Source: a bacterium
GTDB lineage: Bacteria > Zhuqueibacterota > Zhuqueibacteria > Oceanimicrobiales > Oceanimicrobiaceae
DNA: 44,212 nucleotides
Direction of reading: 5' to 3'
Assembly: GCA_046757165.1 (NCBI GenBank)
Contig: JBHHXT010000022.1
Location: 1-44,212 of the forward strand
The notes beneath the pieces are model-generated. The model did no database searches, was not told the origin of the DNA, and saw only the letters and a list, made by a program, of their open reading frames with translations. Positions 37,212 through 44,212 of this stretch are shown here, piece by piece (within the stretch, counting starts at the first letter, position 1; the number at the start of each line of letters is the position of its first letter). Position numbers and translations under genes: made by a program.

Positions 37212-39164
37212 ATGACTATGTCAATTGCAGATACTGCTGCCTATGGCACATGGCCGTCCCCAATCACGGCAGAATTGATTGTCGCCGAGACGGTGCGCCT
37301 TGGCCAGATTGCCCTGGACGGCGAGGCTATTTATTGGATTGAACTGCGGCCGTGGGAAGGCGGCAGAAATGTTGTGGTTCGACGCACCCCAGATGGTGAA
37401 ATCGAGGACATGACACCCGAGGGCTATGATGCCCGCACACGTGTGCATGAATATGGCGGTGGGGCATTTGTAGTCAACAGGGGCAACATCTATTTCTGCA
37501 ATGATGCAGACCAGAGACTCTACCATCAAACGCCCGAGGGCACGGCCCGGCCCTTGACCCCGGTGCAGGAGTCTCGGTTTGCCGACGGCATCGTTGACGA
37601 GAAGCGCCGCCGTCTCATTTGTATCCGGGAAAACCACTCCAACCCCGACACCGAAGCAACAAACCAATTGGTTAGCGTGGATCTGGCCGTGGGCAACGGC
37701 AGCGAAATCAGTATTCTGGCGGGCGGCAGCGATTTCTATTCCACTCCGGCGCTGAGTCCGGACGGGGAGCACCTGGCCTGGCTCGCATGGAATCACCCGA
37801 ACATGCCCTGGGATGGCACGGAGTTGTGGCTGGCGAAACTGGATGAGAGCGGCACGCCTATCCACCCCAGAAAAGTCGCCGGCGGTGCAGCCGAGTCGAT
37901 TTTCCAGCCGCAGTGGTCGCCCGGCGGCCAGCTCTACTTTGTCTCGGACAGGTCAGGGTGGTGGAATCTCTACCGACTGCATGACGATCAATCCGAATGT
38001 GTGTGGGAACGAGAGGCAGAATTGGGCTCGCCGCAGTGGGTGTTTGGCATGTCGACTTATGGCTTTGAGTCTGAACCCCGCCTGATCTGCACCGTGTTCG
38101 AGCAGGGCGAGCACAAGCTGGCCATGGTTGACACCAAAACATGCGACACCGAAATCATCGACCTGCCTTTTACCCATATCGAGCAGTTGCGGGCGAGCCG
38201 GGGGCAGGCCGTTTTCATCGCCGGTTCCCCGATCTCTGCCAACGCCATCGTCCGGCTGGACATCAACACGCGCCAGTTTGAAATCCTGCGACGGTCAGCC
38301 GTGTTGAACTTTGAATCCACCTATCTGTCCAGGCCTGAGCCCATCGAGTTCCCCACCGAAGGCGATTTGACCGCGCACGCTTTCTTTTATCCCCCGCAGA
38401 ATCTCGAGGTGAGTGGACCGCAAAACGAACGGCCGCCGCTGATCGTCAAGAGCCATGGCGGCCCGACCAGCTCCGCGTCGACGGCTCTCGAGCTCAAGAT
38501 TCAATTCTGGACCAGTCGCGGGTTTGCGGTTTTGGATGTCAATTATGGTGGCAGCGCGGGTTACGGCCGGGCCTACCGCGAACGTCTCAATGGCAGATGG
38601 GGAATCGTGGACGTGGCGGATTGTGTCAACGCGGCCCAATATGCTGTGGAACAAGGGCTGGTCGATGGGCAACGGGTGGCGATCGCCGGGGGCAGCGCTG
38701 GCGGTTATACCACGCTGTGTGCGCTCACCTTCCAGGACTTCTTCAAAGCCGGCGCCAGTTATTATGGCATCAGCGACCTCGAGGCCCTGGCCACAGAGAC
38801 GCACAAATTCGAATCGAGATACTTGCACCGTTTGATCGGCCCCTATCCCGAGAGACGAGATCTCTATCTGGAACGCTCACCGATCCATTTTACCGACAAG
38901 ATCTCATGTCCGGTCATCGTCATGCAGGGAACCGAAGATAAAGTCGTGCCGCCGAACCAGTCCCTCCTGATGGTAGACGCCCTGCGCAAGAAAGGGCTAG
39001 CGGTAGCCTACCTGGCCTTCGTGGGCGAACAGCACGGCTTTCGCAAGGCTGAGTCTATTCAACGCGCCCTGGAGGCCGAACTGTACTTTTATGGCAAGGT
39101 TTTCCATTTTAGACCTGCCGACGAAATCGAGCCGGTACGAATTGACAACCTCCCTGAGGGATGA
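37212..39164 (+). CDS. S9 family peptidase (dipeptidyl aminopeptidase/acylaminoacyl peptidase)
   Basis: YGTWPSPI, RVHEYGGG, HPNMPWD, HGGPT, GGSAGG nucleophile, DKVVPP, GEQHGF. Start at 37212 or 37218. Confidence 0.95.
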   Translation: MTMSIADTAAYGTWPSPITAELIVAETVRLGQIALDGEAIYWIELRPWEGGRNVVVRRTPDGEIEDMTPEGYDARTRVHEYGGGAFVVNRGNIYFCNDADQRLYHQTPEGTARPLTPVQESRFADGIVDEKRRRLICIRENHSNPDTEATNQLVSVDLAVGNGSEISILAGGSDFYSTPALSPDGEHLAWLAWNHPNMPWDGTELWLAKLDESGTPIHPRKVAGGAAESIFQPQWSPGGQLYFVSDRSGWWNLYRLHDDQSECVWEREAELGSPQWVFGMSTYGFESEPRLICTVFEQGEHKLAMVDTKTCDTEIIDLPFTHIEQLRASRGQAVFIAGSPISANAIVRLDINTRQFEILRRSAVLNFESTYLSRPEPIEFPTEGDLTAHAFFYPPQNLEVSGPQNERPPLIVKSHGGPTSSASTALELKIQFWTSRGFAVLDVNYGGSAGYGRAYRERLNGRWGIVDVADCVNAAQYAVEQGLVDGQRVAIAGGSAGGYTTLCALTFQDFFKAGASYYGISDLEALATETHKFESRYLHRLIGPYPERRDLYLERSPIHFTDKISCPVIVMQGTEDKVVPPNQSLLMVDALRKKGLAVAYLAFVGEQHGFRKAESIQRALEAELYFYGKVFHFRPADEIEPVRIDNLPEG

Positions 39165-39167
39165 GCC

Positions 39168-39947
39168 ATGGATGACAAGAGTGTTTTCGAGCTTGCAAAA
39201 GACCCGAGATTCACACCCGGCATCTACAATTTCTGCGACCGTTGGTGTGAGCGCTGCCAGCTCAGCCAGCGGTGTCTGGTCTACGCCATGGAAAAAGAGG
39301 AGATGGACCAGCTTGCCTCCTATGAGATCGTCGACGAAGCTTACTGGAGAAAACTCCTGGGCACCCTGGACAAAATCATGGCAAAACTGCGCAGGGATTT
39401 CAAAAAGGCAGGGCTCGACTTCGCCGACGCGCGCGTCAGAAACAAAGCCGCGGATGCCGTCAAAGAAAGAAACCAGAACCACCCCTTGAGCCGGGCAGCT
39501 TTTGACTACTCCAGAATCGTAAAACGTTGGATGAGTCGTGCCAAAAGGCATTTTGAACCCAAAATTGACGAGCTCTACCAGAGGCTGGATTTGGGACTCG
39601 ACGAAGAGGCAATCACAAACGACTCCGATAGCATCGTTGACGCCATCGATGTCATCATCTGGTATCAGCACGAAATTCGGGCAAAGCTCTTGCGTGCCCT
39701 GGCCCAACTCGAGCTCGAAATCGAGGACACCCAGACGGCGGGGCAGAAAAACTCAGACGGTTCAGCAAAAGTCGCCCTGATCGGAATCGACAACTCCATC
39801 CAGGCCTGGAGCGTTCTGCGAATACAGCTGCCGGACAAAGCCGATGAAATCCTGACCTTCCTCGCTCGCCTGGAGCGACTCAGGAAGGACACCGAGAACC
39901 GGTTTCCAGAAGCAAGACTGTTCAGGCGACCCGGGTTTGACGACTAA
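39168..39947 (+). CDS. Hypothetical protein with N-terminal Cys cluster
   Basis: IYNFCDRWCERC....RC, DGSAKVALI.ID.S..AW, FP.AR.F.RPGFD; tightly coupled in the operon. Confidence 0.75.
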   Translation: MDDKSVFELAKDPRFTPGIYNFCDRWCERCQLSQRCLVYAMEKEEMDQLASYEIVDEAYWRKLLGTLDKIMAKLRRDFKKAGLDFADARVRNKAADAVKERNQNHPLSRAAFDYSRIVKRWMSRAKRHFEPKIDELYQRLDLGLDEEAITNDSDSIVDAIDVIIWYQHEIRAKLLRALAQLELEIEDTQTAGQKNSDGSAKVALIGIDNSIQAWSVLRIQLPDKADEILTFLARLERLRKDTENRFPEARLFRRPGFDD

Positions 39948-39955
39948 ACGCAATC

Positions 39956-40978
39956 ATGCCATCGACAGACCTCAAAATTGGCATCATCGGGGCCGGTAGA
40001 ATCGGCCGGGTGCACGCTGAGAATCTCTCCACGCAGGTCCGGCAGGCTCAGCCGGCCGCCATTACCGACATTATTTTGTCAGCGGCGCAGCAAACCGCAA
40101 AGGCGAACAACATCCCGATAGCAGGCCAAGACTACCGGCAAATCCTCGACGATCCTTCTATCGCAGCAGTCCTGATCTGCAGCTCGACTGATACACACGC
40201 ACAACTTATCGAAGAAAGCGCACAGGCGGGTAAGCACATCTTTTGTGAAAAACCCATCACCCTGGATTTGAAAAAAGTCCGGCACGTGCTGAAAACCGTC
40301 GAAGCGTGCGGAGTGAAATTTCAGATCGGATTCAACCGGCGCTTCGACCGCAATTTCGCCCGGCTGCGGCAGTTGCTCGCAGAAGGCAAAATCGGCGTGC
40401 CGCACATTCTGCGAATCACCAGCCGCGACCCGGCGCCGCCGCCACTGGAGTACGTCAAAGTCTCCGGCGGCATCTTCCTGGATATGACCGTGCACGATTT
40501 CGACATGGCCCGGTTTCTGATGCAGAGCGAGGTCGCCGAAGTCTACGCTGTGGGTGAAGCCCTGGTCGATCCGAAAGTTCGGGATTTCAACGATATCGAC
40601 ACGGCCATCATCACGCTCGAGTTTGAAAACGGCGCCATTGGCACCATCGATAACAGCCGGCAAGCGGTGTACGGTTATGACCAGCGCGTTGAGGTTTTCG
40701 GGTCGAAGGGGATGGTGCGAGCCGACAACGCCACCCCGGATGACCTGGAGCTGCTCACCGAAGCCGGCGTGGTCTCCAGCAAACCGCACTACTTTTTCCT
40801 CGAACGCTATCGCGACGCCTATGTGGCTGAAGTCCAGGCCTTCGTCGACGCCATCCTCGCTGACACCGAGCCGCCGGTTACCGGCGTGGACGGGATGGCG
40901 CCGCTGAAAATCGGCCTGGCCGCCAGGAAATCCTATCAGGAAAAGCGGGCGGTCCGTCTGGACGAAATTCAGGGTTAA
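39956..40978 (+). CDS. iolG: myo-inositol 2-dehydrogenase
   Basis: GIIGAGRIG, CEKP, GFNRRFD, SRDP..P, SGG.FLDM..HDFD, YGYDQRVEVFG, FFLERY. Confidence 0.9.
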   Translation: MPSTDLKIGIIGAGRIGRVHAENLSTQVRQAQPAAITDIILSAAQQTAKANNIPIAGQDYRQILDDPSIAAVLICSSTDTHAQLIEESAQAGKHIFCEKPITLDLKKVRHVLKTVEACGVKFQIGFNRRFDRNFARLRQLLAEGKIGVPHILRITSRDPAPPPLEYVKVSGGIFLDMTVHDFDMARFLMQSEVAEVYAVGEALVDPKVRDFNDIDTAIITLEFENGAIGTIDNSRQAVYGYDQRVEVFGSKGMVRADNATPDDLELLTEAGVVSSKPHYFFLERYRDAYVAEVQAFVDAILADTEPPVTGVDGMAPLKIGLAARKSYQEKRAVRLDEIQG

Positions 40979-42412
40979 GTGGTGCATCCTCCGACGGACC
41001 CTCAGTCACCGGCACGACCCGCAGCGCCAAAACATGCAGAGTTCCAAATCCGTTTCATCTGGTGGGCGCTTGGACTGGCAATCTTTGCCGGATTTGCGCT
41101 GGGCGCCCATGTTGCCTCGGTCATCGGGTTCGAGTTTCCGCTGCACAAAGGGTTTTACCCCTACATTCAAACACACGGGCATGTGCAGCTGCTGGGCTGG
41201 GCAGGATTGTTCATCATGGGCGTCAGTCTGCATTTCATCCCGCGGCTGGCCGGCACCCCGTTGTCCTCGCCTTCCCGGCTCACCCTCATTCTCAGATTCA
41301 TGGTTTCCGCCCTGGTGCTCAAATTCTCGAGTCAATCTTTGCTGCCATACATCACCCAAACGGCCTGGTTTGCGCCCCTCAGCGTGTGCGCGGCGGCTGC
41401 GAGCGTGCTGCTCTGGATGGGGGTCGTCATCTACGTCGGAACCGTATTTCAGACCGCCCGTGGCGCTCCAGACCTGGGCGACCGTCGCGCATTCAGACAA
41501 GTTCTGCCATTCTTCGCCATGATGACGCTCGGCTGGCTGACCTACGCGACGCTCAACCTGGGTCTGGTCCTGAAGATGGTGGTGGCGACACACGTCGTTT
41601 TGGACCAGGGGTGGAGCGAGCTGGCGACTCAGCTCTTTCTCAACCTCGTCCTGCTGCCGGTGGCATTCGCGTTTTCAGTGCGACTCTTTCCGCTCTACCT
41701 GCGCCTGCCGCTCATCGACTGGCCCGTGGGCAGGGTTGCGGTGGTGTACTTCTGCGCCGTGTGCGTGCAGCTGGTGCCCACCCTCCCTCCTGTTCTGACG
41801 GTCGATACACATTTGCCCGGGCTCCTGTCCTGCGTGGGCCGGATTGTGAAGGGCTGCGTCATCCTCTTCTTCGCGTTCAAGCTCGATGTGCTCACGCGCC
41901 GGCGCGCCCCCTGGACCGTGCACCGTGAGCTGCATCCGGGCCCCGAGCGGCGCCAGACCCGAAACGGTCTGCCCGACTATGGGGAGTTTGGCCGCTTCGA
42001 ATGGCTGGTCTACTCTGCCTATGTGTGGTTGATCTTTGCGGCTGTGCTCGAAATCGCCTCGGCGCTCTTCTCTGTGCTCGACGTCGACCTGGTCATCAGC
42101 ACGGACGCGGTGCGGCACGCCTACCTTATGGGTTTCATCACCCACTTGATCATGGGAGTCGCGGTGCGGATGATTCCTGGCTTTCTTGGCAAAAAAAAAA
42201 TCGCCCGCCCGGCATTGGTGCTCGCCACGTTTTGGCTGGGCAATCTTGCCCTGGGCAGCAGAGTTTTTCCGCTAGTGATTCCGGCTGCGCTGATCGAGCG
42301 CGTGCCCGGAGGTCTGGTTGCGTCTCAAATCGCCTTCGGCTTGTCCGGCGGCCTGGCGATTGCCGCAGTGGTTTGTCTCGCGACAAACCTGGTGGCGACT
42401 GCGAGAAAGTAA
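40979..42412 (+). CDS. NnrS-like polytopic membrane protein
   Basis: HGHVQLLGWAGLFIMG....FIPR and RHAYLMGF....IMG...RMIP motifs; about 12 TM segments. Confidence 0.7.
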   Translation: MVHPPTDPQSPARPAAPKHAEFQIRFIWWALGLAIFAGFALGAHVASVIGFEFPLHKGFYPYIQTHGHVQLLGWAGLFIMGVSLHFIPRLAGTPLSSPSRLTLILRFMVSALVLKFSSQSLLPYITQTAWFAPLSVCAAAASVLLWMGVVIYVGTVFQTARGAPDLGDRRAFRQVLPFFAMMTLGWLTYATLNLGLVLKMVVATHVVLDQGWSELATQLFLNLVLLPVAFAFSVRLFPLYLRLPLIDWPVGRVAVVYFCAVCVQLVPTLPPVLTVDTHLPGLLSCVGRIVKGCVILFFAFKLDVLTRRRAPWTVHRELHPGPERRQTRNGLPDYGEFGRFEWLVYSAYVWLIFAAVLEIASALFSVLDVDLVISTDAVRHAYLMGFITHLIMGVAVRMIPGFLGKKKIARPALVLATFWLGNLALGSRVFPLVIPAALIERVPGGLVASQIAFGLSGGLAIAAVVCLATNLVATARK

Positions 42413-42568
42413 TTGTCTAATATTCCGGGAATGATTATCTTTCTATTCTTAACTTGAATAACTCGTTCACCGCAAAGGCGCGAAGAACGCGAAGAGAAAG
42501 CGATACCTGTTATTTGTTGTTTTTGTTATAGTAGCATTATTCAGGTTAATTTCTTGACTTCAGGGCTC

Positions 42569-43849
42569 ATGGTGACTTTCAAGACCGACAAGACATTTGC
42601 GCTGGACCTGGACCGGCGCGACCCCTTGGCGCATTACCGCGACAGGTTTCATCTTCCGCAAAGCAAGGAAGGCCATCCGTGCCTGTACTTTTGCGGCAAC
42701 TCTCTCGGGTTGCAGCCAAAAACAGCGGCAGAATATATTAATCAGGAGTTACAGGACTGGGCCGACCTCGGCGTGGAGGGGCATTTTTCGGCCCGGCATC
42801 CCTGGCTGCCCTACCATGAATACCTGACCGAGCAGACCGCCCGGCTGGTTGGCGCGCTGCCGTCGGAAGTCGTGGTGATGAATACGCTTACCGTCAATCT
42901 GCATCTGATGTTGGTCTCCTTTTACCGGCCGACGGTCACCCGGCACAAGATCCTGATGGAAGCCAACGCTTTTCCTTCCGACCAGTACGCCGTGCAGTCG
43001 CAGATTCGCTACCATGGCTACGACCCGGCGACCGCTATCGTGGAAATCCCGTTGCGGCCGGACGAGCCCTGCCTCAAAACCGAGGAGATCGAAGATCTCA
43101 TCGCGCAGGAGGGGGACGCCATCGCACTCATCCTATTGGGCGGCGTGAATTACTACACGGGCCAGGCCTTCGACCTGGAGCGAATCGTGCGGACGGGTCA
43201 CGAAAAGAAGTGCGTGGTTGGCTTCGACCTGGCGCATGCTGTGGGCAACCTGGTTTTGCATCTGCACGACTGGCAGGTGGATTTCGCCGTCTGGTGCTCG
43301 TACAAATATCTGAACGGCGGTCCGGGCTGCATGGCAGGATGCTTTGTGCACGAAAAATATGCCCATCGCCAGGACTTGCCCCGCTTTGCCGGCTGGTGGG
43401 GCCACGACAAGGACACACGCTTTTTGATGCGCCCGGATTATCATGCCATTCCGGGTGCAGAAGGGTGGCAACTGAGCAACCCGCCCATTCTGTCTCTGGC
43501 TGCGCTGCGGGCCTCGATGGACATCTTCGATGAAGCCACCCTGCCTGCGCTGCGTGTCAAAAGTGAGAATCTGACGGGCTACCTGGAGTTTCTGCTGAAA
43601 CAGCAGTGCAGCGACTTTGTCACCATTCTCACCCCCGATGACAAAAGCCAGCGCGGCTGCCAACTCTCACTCAGCATCGTGAAGCAGGGCAAACAATTGC
43701 ACCAGCGCCTGGAGGCCCACAACATCCGGTGCGATTGGCGCGAGCCGGACGTCATACGGATCGCCCCGGTGCCCTTGTACAATCGCTTTCAAGAGGTTTA
43801 CGATTTCGTTCAAATACTCATTCAAGAGTACCGTCTCTTAACCCATTAA
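42569..43849 (+). CDS. kynU: Kynureninase
   Basis: YFCGNSLGLQP, MNTLTVNLH, AFPSD, FDLAHAVGN, WCSYKYLN (PLP Lys), GWWGH, SNPP, DWREPDVIR.AP.PLYN. Confidence 0.97.
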   Translation: MVTFKTDKTFALDLDRRDPLAHYRDRFHLPQSKEGHPCLYFCGNSLGLQPKTAAEYINQELQDWADLGVEGHFSARHPWLPYHEYLTEQTARLVGALPSEVVVMNTLTVNLHLMLVSFYRPTVTRHKILMEANAFPSDQYAVQSQIRYHGYDPATAIVEIPLRPDEPCLKTEEIEDLIAQEGDAIALILLGGVNYYTGQAFDLERIVRTGHEKKCVVGFDLAHAVGNLVLHLHDWQVDFAVWCSYKYLNGGPGCMAGCFVHEKYAHRQDLPRFAGWWGHDKDTRFLMRPDYHAIPGAEGWQLSNPPILSLAALRASMDIFDEATLPALRVKSENLTGYLEFLLKQQCSDFVTILTPDDKSQRGCQLSLSIVKQGKQLHQRLEAHNIRCDWREPDVIRIAPVPLYNRFQEVYDFVQILIQEYRLLTH

Positions 43850-43865
43850 CACACACAGGTGAGCT

Positions 43866-44132
43866 ATGCCCATCGACAAAGAATTCCTCGACATCCTTCG
43901 CTGTCCAGAAACCCGGCAGGATTTGAGAATCCTGTCGCAAGAACGCATCGCCAAAGTGAACGACCTGATTGAGCAAGGCAAGGTCCAATTCAAAGACGGC
44001 AAGCCGGTCAAGGAACCGCTGCAGGAGGCTTTGATCACGGCAGACGAAGCCATTATCTACCGCGTCGACGATGAAATCCCGGTGATGCTGGTGGAAATGG
44101 GGATTCCCACCGAGCAGCTCGGGGAGTTTTGA
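43866..44132 (+). CDS. Trm112-like protein
   Basis: LDILRCPET...L and YRVDDEIPVML motifs. Confidence 0.85.
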   Translation: MPIDKEFLDILRCPETRQDLRILSQERIAKVNDLIEQGKVQFKDGKPVKEPLQEALITADEAIIYRVDDEIPVMLVEMGIPTEQLGEF

Positions 44133-44212
44133 AGACAGGCTTGTTTGCCAAATGCGCGGGAACTGAGAAGTCGAGAATTCCTTTGAAAATCGCACATCTT
44201 AGATCGCATATC

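Noticed and set aside
2496..40978. Phytate/inositol uptake link between the TBDR pair and iolG
   Set aside because: No phytase or other iol genes are present, and the loci are about 30 kb apart.
7081..43849. A kynurenine pathway cluster (cyclase = kynB, amidohydrolase = ACMSD, kynU)
   Set aside because: The genes are 10-35 kb apart in separate units, the cyclase is exported and lacks the KynB His ligands, and there is no kynA/kmo/haao in the window. Only kynU is a firm call.

Overview
Bacterial genomic window with moderately high GC. The secreted proteins ending in an NYPNPFNP-type C-terminal sorting/FlgD-Ig domain, the TonB style and the carboxypeptidase-regulatory-domain TBDRs suggest an FCB-group organism such as KSB1 or Calditrichota; this is inference. 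The first 27 kb is entirely minus-strand and envelope/signalling-rich: a partial outer-membrane-type protein, a double GlcG/HbpS lipoprotein, two paralogous TonB-dependent receptors bracketing a Tat-signal cyclase, TonB and a secreted proteasome-beta-like (Ntn) protein. These are followed by a 16 kb block with a 1773-aa dual Ser/Thr kinase (exactly 18 x 53-aa TPR-like repeats), a two-cohesin mini-scaffoldin, a 1637-aa propeller/FG-GAP/ASPIC protein with dockerin and cohesin, a beta-barrel and a second membrane kinase. The right part holds peptide and amino-acid metabolism genes (serine hydrolase, APC permease, amidohydrolase, DinB, S9 peptidase, iolG, NnrS-like, kynU, Trm112-like), two gene remnants, a tetraheme cytochrome c and a barrel-CpoB fusion. 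Intergenic DNA carries several families of small palindromic repeats, and a 45/46-bp inverted repeat pair brackets 7.1 kb. I saw no rRNA, tRNA, CRISPR array or intact transposase. All family calls come from motif recognition by eye, not from database searches.
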